DNA of 63,248 bases, filler included, from Octopus bimaculoides (Eukaryota), in NCBI RefSeq assembly GCF_001194135.2. It is 6 parts of 6 records of this genome, joined end to end, with 100 filler letters (N's around TTAATTAATTAA, not from the genome) between each part and the next. Parts side by side here need not be neighbours in the genome. Positions count along the whole stretch, not along the records: positions 41,783 to 54,916 come from NC_069010.1; positions 55,017 to 61,103 come from NC_068983.1; positions 61,204 to 63,248 come from NW_026299019.1; 3 more parts are not named here. The stretch is one strand, 5' to 3'. The position numbers were made by a program, and so were the translations under genes. Positions 53,220 to 63,248 of the stretch are shown in pieces (position 1 is the stretch's first letter; each line of letters opens with the position of its first letter). The notes beneath the pieces were generated by a model. The model saw only the letters and a program-made list of their open reading frames with translations. It was not told the origin of the DNA and did no database searches.

Positions 53220-53440
53220 CCCTTTAATGTTTAAACCGGCCATATCCGGCTCAAATATTCCAACTGTTTTATGTTTAAACTGGCAAGATTTCAGCCTCTT
53301 ACACATACCCTACAATGTCATCCGAAAGCTAAACAAACACACCATCGAAATCTCAAAGCTACAACATAATGCACGATTAATTCAAAACGATATGAATAAA
53401 TAAGCATTACATTTGATAGAATAATCTGAATGCTAAAGGG
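53220..53440. mobile_element. piggyBac-type non-autonomous MITE
   Basis: TTAA|CCCTTTA ... TAAAGGG|TTAA termini (TSD 53216-53219 and 53441-53444), followed by a partial second end. Confidence 0.8.
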
Positions 53441-53668
53441 TTAAACCTTTAGCATTCCGATTACTCTATCAAATGGTTAAAAATAGGTCTATTTTTACAT
53501 GCTGGCCACTGATAAAGTTTTTAACAATTTTATCCTTTTATATTATAATTGAATTAATATTCCTATTCACTTTGGGACAGTCTAGCCCCTTATGTGCTAT
53601 CCTTCCCCAGCTACACACGTGTCGAGGCTTGCTGCAGAATTTGATATGGATATATTTGGGGTACTTAT

Positions 53669-53990
53669 GGAGGCGCAATGGCCCAGTGGTTAGGGCAGTG
53701 GACTCGCGGTCATAGGATCACGGTTTCGATTCCCAGACCGGGCGTTGTGAGTGTTTATTGAGCGAAAACACCTAAAAGCTCCATGAGGCTTCCTGTTTCT
53801 GTTGTGCCTGTATTTCAAAGGGTCAGCCTTGTTACACTGTGCCATGCTGAATATCCCCAAGAACTACGTTAAGGGTACACATGTCTGTGGAGTGCTCAGT
53901 CACTTGCACGTTAATTTCACGAGCAGGCTGTTCCGTTGATCGGATCTACTGGAACCCTCGACGTCATAAGCGACGGAGTGCCAACAGCAA
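53669..53990 (+). mobile_element. tRNA-head SINE family C with a 12-bp TSD
   Basis: A-box TGGCCCAGTGG, B-box GGTTTCGATTCC; TSD TGGGGTACTTAT at 53657-53668 and 53991-54002. Confidence 0.88.
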
Positions 53991-54044
53991 TGGGGTACTT
54001 ATATGCATTCGTGACATTGAGTTTGCTTTTCTGTGGGTATACTC

Positions 54045-54280
54045 TTTTACTCTTTTACTTGTTTCAGTCATTTGACTGCAGCCATGCTGGAGCACTGCCT
54101 TTAGTCGAGCAAATCGACCCCAGGACTTATTCTTTGTAAGCCTAGTACTTATTCTATCGGTCTCTTTTGCCGAACCGCTAAGTGACGGGGACGTAAACAC
54201 ACCAGCATCAGTTGTCAAGTAATGGTGGGCGGACAAACACAGACACACACACATATATATATTCATATATACGACAGGCT
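54045..54280 (-). mobile_element. SINE family B, 3' portion
   Basis: Highly similar to 42837-43070. Confidence 0.8.
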
Positions 54281-54532
54281 AGACATTTGTATATGTGTTG
54301 CTGATGTAACTGGATACAGATTATGAAACAACTGTCAACAAATGGAATAAACATTTCATCTCTCACTCCTCTTATTTTGGTTAATCATTATATACTCTCC
54401 ATCATAGTGATTCCTGTATTTTTAGGACAGCGACATTAATCTTACACCCTAGTTTATCCTACTGTCTTTCTTGATAGCCAAACATTTAGTGAAGTGCTTA
54501 CTGTGTACTCTGTATATATTACTATATTTCAG

Positions 54533-54615
54533 GCAGAACAAGTAAATCGAGGCAGTATATTGGACACTTTAAAACCAGACATGCGTTTAACTACAATACT
54601 ACTGTGGCTGGTGTG
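54533..54615 (+). CDS. SVOP: SVOP exon: AEQVNRGSILDTLKPDMRLTTILLWLV(W)
   Basis: tttcag acceptor and GTGAGT donor, 83 nt; resembles SVOP RGK..DLF.P.FR.TTLLLWFIW. This frame is not in the ORF track. Confidence 0.9.
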
Positions 54616-54885
54616 GTGAGTTCAATTTTCATTTCTGCCTTTACTTCTCTCTTCCCTTCACTCTCTCTCCCTCCCTCTTTCTCTTACATACCCCCTCTCT
54701 TTCCTTTTAGCGTTTACAATGTTACCTGCCATTTATGTGTAGGAGGCTCCCTTCTTTGCTCTATATTATACACATCATAAGGAGAATGTGTTTACATTTT
54801 TATTTCTCCCACAGTGAGGCTTTCTAATATTTAAACTCATTTCATTTCTGCTTATTTATGCTGTGTTGTACATAAAACATGTGTG

Positions 54886-54916
<31 letters not shown>

Positions 54917-55016
54917 NNNNNNNNNNNNNNNNNNNNNNNNNNNNNNNNNNNNNNNNNNNNTTAATTAATTAANNNNNNNNNNNNNNNNNNNNNNNNNNNN
55001 NNNNNNNNNNNNNNNN

Positions 55017-55066
<50 letters not shown>

Positions 55067-55670
55067 TGTGCGTGTGTGTATACACAGACACACACATATG
55101 TGTGTATGTGCATGTGAGCGTATATATGCATATATATAGATCTGTCTATATATACATATATATGTGTGTATATAAACGCATACAGGCACACACACACACA
55201 CGCACACACACACACACACACACAAACACACATACACATACATATATGTACCCTTTATGTATCTCTATGTACATATGTATATGTGTGTGTGTGTTTCTAT
55301 ATTTATATATGTGTAGGCGTGTGTCTATATAAATCTCTCTCTCTCTATCTATTTATATATCTATATATCTATATATCTATCTATCTGTCTATCTATAACA
55401 GACGTTACTATCCCTATTACGTAAGAAACACACGTACACACATGTACTTATGTACACATACTCACACACACACACACACACACTTGTTTCTTACATGCTA
55501 GTATTGGTAACGATGCTTATATCAATAGCAGTAGTCGTTATGGCGCCATTTTGGGAATTATATTAGTGGTATCAGTGGTTGGTACTTTGGTGGAAGTATA
55601 GTGTTGTAGATTAGTTGTTAGTGTAACTCTGCAGGGTTCTTGTACGATTTATTCAATATTGTTTTCCTCT

Positions 55671-56112
55671 AAGGCGGCGAGCTGGCAGAAATGTTAGCAC
55701 ACCGGGCGAAATGCTTAGCGGTGTTTCGTCTGTTTTTAAGTTCTGAGTTGAAATTCCGCCGAGTTCGACTTTGCCTTTCATCCTTTCGGGGTCGATAAAT
55801 TAAGTACCAGTCACGCACTGGGTTCGATGTAATCGACTGGCCCTCTCCCCCAAAATGTCGGGCCTTGTGCCTAGAATAGAAAAGAATATTGAGAATTACA
55901 AAGGCGGTGAGCTGGCAGAATCGTTAGCACTCCGGGCGAAACGCTAAGCGGTATTTCGTCTGCCGTTACGTTCTGAGTTCAAATTCCGCCGAGGTCGACT
56001 TTGCCTTTCATCCTTTCGAGGTCGATAAATTAAGTATCAGTTACGTACTGGGTTGATCTAATCTACTGGCTCCCTTCCAAAAATTTCGGGCCCTGTGCCT
56101 AGAGTAGCAAAG
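55671..56112 (+). mobile_element. Dimeric SINE family A inside one 16-bp TSD
   Basis: Monomers start at 55671 and 55901; AATATTGTTTTCCTCT occurs at 55655-55670 and 56113-56128. Confidence 0.85.
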
Positions 56113-56479
56113 AATATTGTTTTCCTCTCAAAGTTGTCTTTATAATACGCAAGAATAATTATGGATGTATATCTTGCATCATTACCAGTAACTAATAGAA
56201 ACATTAAGTTAATTAAATAGGAACTAATAAAAGTATACCTGTAATTAACTATTATTATAAAACCTTGCTACGATTAAAGCTAAATTAAAGCTATTTAAAA
56301 GATGATAAAACTACAAGCGATTAACACGTGTTTTTTCAAACCACAAGGTTCATCACTTCTGGAACTTAAATTATTATCTTAACTATTGATGACGTAGTGC
56401 GTAATTATTACTTCCTCAATTGATTCAAACAATATTGGTGACGTAGTAAGCAAATAACTCGAATCTTAAACCTTCTAAA

Positions 56480-58030
56480 TCCTTACAAATATTTGCTAAG
56501 CTGAAGACAAGATATTACCCAATATTTATTTAAAATTTCAAGTTTCCCATCTAAACAGCGATTAAAAGTTTTAACCAACTTACCATATTTATACTCTTGT
56601 TTTACTAAATGTTTATTTACTCTTTCCAAAACTTTATTAGTATCATTAATAATGGTACTCTATCTAACAATTTGTCCTGCAAAAACACCAAAACCAATAA
56701 AAGAAAGAATTTTACAACTGAACCATGACATTGAAACCACTTGGAAACCAAGATCTTCTGTTTTATTATAAATCTCAGTACATATTTCATTATTATCCTT
56801 TATTACTAGATTGACATCTAAATAATTAAGATTTCTTATATTGTTACCATTTCTGGTGGCTATAAAGCTCATTAGGGTATATTTTTCTGAGTAAAAATTC
56901 AAAGAAACCTTAATTAGGTATAAATATATATCATCTATGCATCTGCAGCATCCATTAAGTTCTTTTTCCTAGCAAACCAATCTTTTTCCTTGCACATTCA
57001 CAATCTCCTAAGTACATTTCTTTCAAACCTTCAAGACTGACATTTAATAGGAGCTTATTATAATTAAATATAGTACTACTTATCTTCTTATGAAGCTTAT
57101 AACAAATTTTGACATTTATGTCTAACATTCTCCGGCAAAAGGTCTTTTTGTTTTATCATTTCTAATTACATTAACTAAATTAACATCATCAATAAAAGTA
57201 CTAACATAAGGTATTTTTCAATATTCAACTTTAACATTATTGGTTTTCACTTTAGCCTTTTTCATTAACCTATTACAAAAACTATCCACTAAAAAACTAA
57301 CTTCAGATAACTCTCTATGGCATATCTCCATTAATTCTTAGGCATAACATCATATAACAACCGTAATATTCTTTCTATATACATATAAATCATTAAGTTT
57401 AACCCAAACCAAAGAAATATTCTTTCTAGCCTTATTTCTTTTTTTTAATCCTGCGTCCATGGCTACGTTTCCTTCTGACCACTGGTTGTGAAAAATATAT
57501 TCTTCCTGTATCATTATTACTAGACATGTTCCCTACACCTAAAATTTTATCATTACGGCTTAGAAGGTATATGTTACACAATACCTTTAATCCAATACCA
57601 TTCTTCTTCTAAAAGTTTCTGTCTGTCATCTATTTGACAAATTAGCTGAATTTTACGATTTTCAAACCTTAAGCTATACTCTCTAAAGTGTTCGTAAATT
57701 CTAAGTTTACAACCCAATTTAAATGCCTGTCTATGACCATTGAGACGTTGATGTAATTCCCGAGTAGTTTGTCCTACAAACTGTACACCACATTCATCAC
57801 AACTAATCAAATAAATTACATTTCTAGATTTACAACTTAACTGTAAATTATTATTAATGATAAATTTCTTACCTATAATCTTGCCACCAAAAACTTTATA
57901 ATCAACCAAGACATTACAACATAAACATTTCTTCTTACCACATTGACTAACATGACTGTTACAAACAGGTATAAATACGTAGTCGTTATTTCCTTTATGG
58001 TAACATTCGTTAAGCCAATTTGACTTTTCA
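56480..58030 (-). mobile_element. Penelope-like element remnant with N-terminal GIY-YIG (Naiad-type order) and an internally deleted RT
   Basis: Minus strand 5'->3': CGKKKCLCC, SCKSRNVIYLISCDECGVQFVGQT...RLNGH...EWYWIK (57909-57574), GVGN linker, KIPY, GDCEC, then CRCIDD and YLDVNL...TEIYNKTEDLGF...GFGVFAGQIVR (about 56950-56660). Confidence 0.75.
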
Positions 58031-58384
58031 GTTGTTCCCTTCAGTTATCAATAACTTTATAGTGAGGGGTTGCCTCATCCAATGGGCGTTACCTGATATA
58101 ATCCTTGTATAAAGAGATTTCCCATTTACACTAGCTTTGCCTAGCGGTCTAGTTTACAACTCTTCTAAATGTTACAACGGGATCAAAACTAGCAGCCACG
58201 TTGCTTGGATAAGGGCGTAGGCTCCACACTTGGAAAAAACCCCATCTACGATACATATATACGAATTAATACATATCCATTTATTTAATTACCTTATCCC
58301 TATAATCCAATGTAATCACACATACCAGGGGCCTGTCAACGGGGAACTAGTATAATATATCAAACGGATGTGTTATAATACTAC

Positions 58385-58422
<38 letters not shown>

Positions 58423-59094
58423 ATGTATGTATGTATATATATAAGAATGTATAAAGATTTATACACGGAGAGAAGACCCTTGACAGGACTTCATACATGC
58501 TAAAAAGGGGCAGTTAAACCCAAACTATGAAAAAAGGAATTCTTAAGGCGCGTTGCTAATAGGCACTAGAGAGAATAAAAAATTAGTTAACCCTGTACTC
58601 GAGCTTCGCTATTAATGACCAACTTAATTTGGTATCTGTATATGTATATATATACGTATATGTATGTAAGTGTGTGTGTATATATGTATAAATGTGCATA
58701 TGTATATGTGTATATGTGTGTATGTGTGTGTGTAAGTGTGTGTGTGTGTGTAAGTGTGGGTGTGTGTGTATGTATGTCTATATGTATTTACTTGTGAACT
58801 TGTACATGTGAGGATGTTTTGATGCTTTCTAAATGACTATTCGTGTCTTTGAATATATTTTTTTTTGTGGCTGAGAGGAATACAGATAGACGACAGAAAG
58901 ATAAAGACAGAGATGATGCTTTTAAGAGCCCATGTGTTTGTGCCATTGGATCTGTGTGCCTGCATGCCTATATGTGTGTGTTTGTATGTATGTGTGTGTG
59001 TGTGTGCACGCATTCGAATGTGTCTTTGTAAGCAATTGCTGGCAACTATGTATTTTGCTTTGGAGTAATTCACTGCCGGAAGGATACAATCGCT

Positions 59095-59321
59095 TATATT
59101 TGTTTGTTTGTTTGCTTGTTGATAATCAGTGAAAATAGCTGCGAGATTTACGTCCTCTCGCTACTCTCATTATAACGAGAGCAGCCGACACTTTCTCCGG
59201 AAGTTGCTCTATCGAACTCGAGACTGACACCAAAATGGCGCTAAAGAGTCTCAAGGCCAACAGAAATGGACAAGACCTTAACGTGCAATTAGTTCGTGTC
59301 GATGCCTACTTTGAGCGGTGA
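59095..59321 (+). promoter_or_regulatory. Candidate housekeeping-type promoter/first exon
   Basis: CpG-rich patch, ETS site CCGGAAGT (59197-59204), YY1-like CAAAATGGCG whose ATG (59235) opens MALKSLKANRNGQDLNVQLVRVDAYFER; possible donor CG|GTGAAT at 59318. Confidence 0.4.
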
Positions 59322-59438
59322 ATTTTTCAACCATATAATTTCCGGTTTTTTTCTTTCGGTATTTCTTATGGAAATGAGCAACGCCGTCTTAACATCAGAT
59401 ACAACATACACACACACACAAACACAAACACACACACA

Positions 59439-59492
<54 letters not shown>

Positions 59493-59504
59493 NNNNNNNN
59501 NNCA

Positions 59505-59556
<52 letters not shown>

Positions 59557-60863
59557 TTCACACACATATACAGACATATGCACACAGTTATATACACTAA
59601 AACAAACACTTATACATGCGTAGGATCTCGGACATGAGGGATCTCAGACACGAGGACAAATAAACACAGATGCAAACAGACGCATTTCAATACAAATGAA
59701 GCCATGCACACACGCACACACACACACACATACACACACCCACACACACATATATACATCGACACAGATGTACAAACACGTGGGAACATATCAGACAAAC
59801 AGACAGACATATTTAAACATAAATATTCACACTGCACGCACGCATGCGCACACAGACACAAACACGCACTTACACACATGCACACACATTCTTTCTTTCT
59901 CTCCCTGTCTCTCTCTCTCTCTCACACACACAAACGCATTGACATGTATTTAATGACTGTTGGTTTTCACTTTTACATCTCGTTCAAAATTTATTCAGTA
60001 TGTAGAAGTCGACTCAGACAGTCTTGTTGCTAAGAATTCCACGCAATTCTGGGTTCAATCCCACCCTGAATAAATTTATTTATTCATTTATTTATTTATT
60101 TCATAACTTCTTTTAGGCTAAATCCTTTCAGAGTGAAAATCAGTCGACGGATTTCTGAAGAAGTCTGTCGAAAGGAAATGTTCCTACTCCTGGATAAAAA
60201 TCAATCATTGATTTTAACGTTAAATCTTTTAGCGGTGTCTCTATTGTGGAAAATAGGTGGTCCCATCTTTGGAATGTAGATAACAAAAACATAGTCACAC
60301 TTTAAACTTGAGGGAAGTCTTAGAGTCCCACTTGCAAATTGTGTTTGTAATATGCGAGTCAGTTGTTTGGTGTCGTTTTCTGAAAACCAGCTTTCCCCAG
60401 TTATTACTGAGGCATTTACTTAAAAAGCCAAACACAACAATTATTATATGTATAAATGTGAATTTATAATGTGGATATAGAAGCTATAGGTTTCGGACTA
60501 TTTATCCGTAGTTATCCACTTTCTCTTTGGTTTTCAAAGAGATATTCACTCCAGCAGAACAGCTGATCTCTATGGCGCTACGTATTTCTTCTTTTCCACC
60601 ATAATTTGTATGTATGTATGTATGTATGTATGTATGTATGTATGTATGTATGTATGCAAGTATGTATGTTTGTATGTGTGTGTGTACTGCGTTCGTCTCT
60701 CACCGCAGGATAACCGGTGTTGGTTTGTTTACGTTCCTGTAACATCGACTTTAGTGTCAACTCTTTCTTAGTAAAATTAATAAACGTACCACCTTACTGA
60801 AGCGTATTGAGTTATTGTTCAGTTTAATATTCAGATATTTTTACATATAATTTTACACAGAAA

Positions 60864-60904
<41 letters not shown>

Positions 60905-62502
60905 NNNNNNNNNNTATGTATGTATGTATGTATGCAAGTATGTATGTTTGTATGTGTGTGTGTACTGCGTTCGTCTCTCACCGCAGGATAACCGGTGTTG
61001 GTTTGTTTACGTTCCTGTAACATCGACTTTAGTGTCAACTCTTTCTTAGTAAAATTAATAAACGTACCACCTTACTGAAGCGTATTGAGTTATTGTTCAG
61101 TTTNNNNNNNNNNNNNNNNNNNNNNNNNNNNNNNNNNNNNNNNNNNNTTAATTAATTAANNNNNNNNNNNNNNNNNNNNNNNNNNNNNNNNNNNNNNNNN
61201 NNNGTGTGTTTGTTTGTTTGTTAGTATCTCTGTATGTATGTACCTATGCATACAGGAAAATTCCTATATCCAAGGGGAAGGAAACAAGAAATTCAAACAC
61301 AACTCAAAATGCAATAAATAAAATTGTAGACATTATACTTGTTCAGTATATTTTAGATTTAAGTCAGTGAACTGACTGAATCATTAGCCAAAGCTTGCAA
61401 TATCATCAAAATAAAGAAAACTAGGTGAGTTAACATGTATCAAATCATTAACAAATCATCACAGCTGATGCTGTATTATCTAATCCATCACACTAGACCT
61501 GCTGCTCACTTTTACCAAAGTGAGGAAAAGAATAAGTTCAATTTAAAGTATTTGAACTCAAAAGGCAGGGTGCCAGAATAAAGTGAATAGTCATCTCTAT
61601 TAGGGCTTTTATTCTCTGAATATATTGGGACATTCCTAAAGATAATCTTCATGCAGTAATTTAAGGAAATATATACACAGTATTGATTACACTGTTGTCT
61701 TTTCCATGCCCACCAATAGATTTGTTCTCATGACAGCAAGTTAATGAAATTCTGCTTGTAATAGTGAGGTGCATTAAGTCAGAGTAGTGAGAATAGTAGT
61801 GAGGTGTATCTACGTTTATTTGCAGATATGTGTACTACAAGGCCATCAAGATACTGGAAGTGATATTTACACCATCATTTCTGACCAATGTTTCACAATT
61901 TCAAAGTATAAATTTTGTTTGGTTGTCAGAGACAACTCAGATCTCATGAATAATGTCTAGCTTCTGGTGTTTCAGATGACACNNNNNNNNNNAACTCAGA
62001 TCTCATGAATAATGTCTAGCTTCTGGTGTTTCAGATGACACATGGAATAATGTAGTTCAGAGTTCTGTGCATGAAGATAAAAGACTAGATGGTGGCAACT
62101 GCAATGATCAGAAACCTGACTGATCAGGGCTGTTTTGTAGTTAAATAATAGTAAAAACAATCACAAACACCTCATAGACGACATACACTGCTATGTTAAA
62201 TAGAGAACATCCCATATCCTGCAGTACCCTCACAAAATAACAACAGTAAATCATCTGATAGGTCTGACTTAGACAATGCATGTTAATGGACTTCATGTGA
62301 TTATTCTGAAGAAATGACAACAAATAATAACAATAAGGTTAATAAATGTCCAGTGTGATAGAGTACAGTAGAGACAGTTGAGTACAGATACGAGGAGTAT
62401 TAAAGGTAACTACCTTGTTTTAAAAATCAATAAATATATGCAAAGCAACAACACCAACAATAACCCATTTGTTTGAAGGTGGAAACTGCAGCTGTCACTT
62501 AC

Positions 62503-62599
62503 GTAATTTCTTCATCCTTGAAATGGAATTTGTCAATCATAACTTCTTTATTGACACTGACATCAGTCCAGTTTCGCACAACTGTATTCAGGAATTTGT
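62503..62599 (-). CDS. STK19: STK19-like internal exon: (D)KFLNTVVRNWTDVSVNKEVMIDKFHFKDEEI(T)
   Basis: tttttttctatag acceptor and GTAAGT donor, 97 nt, open frame; resembles STK19 QKFLASVLPACGDLSFQQDQMTQTFGFRDSEIT as recalled from memory. Confidence 0.7.
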
Positions 62600-63248
62600 C
62601 TATAGAAAAAAATTAAAAAAGCAATAAATAAAAAAAAACATACACTTATTCAGTTTTCTGTGTGACTGCATTTAATATAATGTTTGTTGAGTACCCCCTC
62701 CTACTACTGTTGGTTGGGGCAGATTTACTGAAGAAAACACCAACCAGTCACCAGTTTTACTGATTCTGTGCTGTGTGACCAAAACATTACTCTGTATTTT
62801 GGCTAACATACCTCAGCTCTATTTAGTTGAGATTTAGCCTCAGTACAAAACTGGTTTATGATCAAAGACATTCCACTCATGATAATCCTTATAATTTCTC
62901 TTCTGATATTGTATATCCAATGAGTGCCCATTGTTATTTGAAGGGAGTAGGGTGTGATTTGAGGGAGATTTGGTTGCCATNNNNNNNNNNNNNNNNNNNN
63001 NNNNNNNNNNNNNNNNNNNNNNNNNNNNNNNNNNNNNNNNNNNNNNNNNNNNNNNNNNNNNNNNNNNNNNNNNNNNNNNNGTATATTAAATGGACATTAC
63101 TGTTGAGAAGACAAATATATACTGGGTAAATGAAGTTCCATAGGAGTCAGAGACCAAACACTCTGAGGGGGTAGTAGCCAGCTGTCAATAACCAGGAGAT
63201 ATACAGGGTGTTTCAAAAGTCTATGTCACATTCTAAGAACTCTTATAT

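Noticed and set aside
60180-60400. Minus-strand open frame containing SGTLRLP, like the STK19 C-terminus
   Set aside because: The surrounding residues do not match and no splice sites fit.
62808-62980. GTATGT donor on - as the upstream STK19 exon
   Set aside because: The required phase places a TGA immediately before the donor.
63202-63248. TA-CAGGGTGTTTCAAAAG, a mariner-like TIR start
   Set aside because: At the window edge; the partner TIR and internal sequence are not visible.
1-63248. CRISPR arrays, rRNA or true tRNA genes
   Set aside because: None seen; the tRNA-like segments are SINE heads without complete cloverleaves.

Overview
AT-rich, microsatellite-dense animal genomic DNA; the SINE families and repeat content suggest an octopus or other coleoid cephalopod (inference). 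Five artificial 100-bp linkers (44N-TTAATTAATTAA-44N) split the window, so adjacency across them is only scaffolding. Host genes: seven consecutive AG/GT-bounded exons of SVOP (MFS synaptic-vesicle-2-related transporter) on + (42025-54615; 5' and 3' exons not found), one STK19-like exon on - (62503-62599), and an unassigned promoter/first-exon candidate near 59200. Most of the rest is decayed mobile DNA: Tc1/mariner transposase relics, RTE-X, RTE, CR1/L2-like and R4-like LINE fragments, four SINE-type families (labelled A-D here), piggyBac-type MITEs, palindromes and minisatellites. The most interesting signals are several hammerhead-ribozyme-bearing repeats (a tandem retrozyme-like pair at 9073-9619 and an inverted pair at 19928-20173), a Penelope-like element with permuted GIY-YIG-before-RT order (Naiad-type), a possible 236-bp target-site duplication, and nested inverted repeats in SVOP introns.
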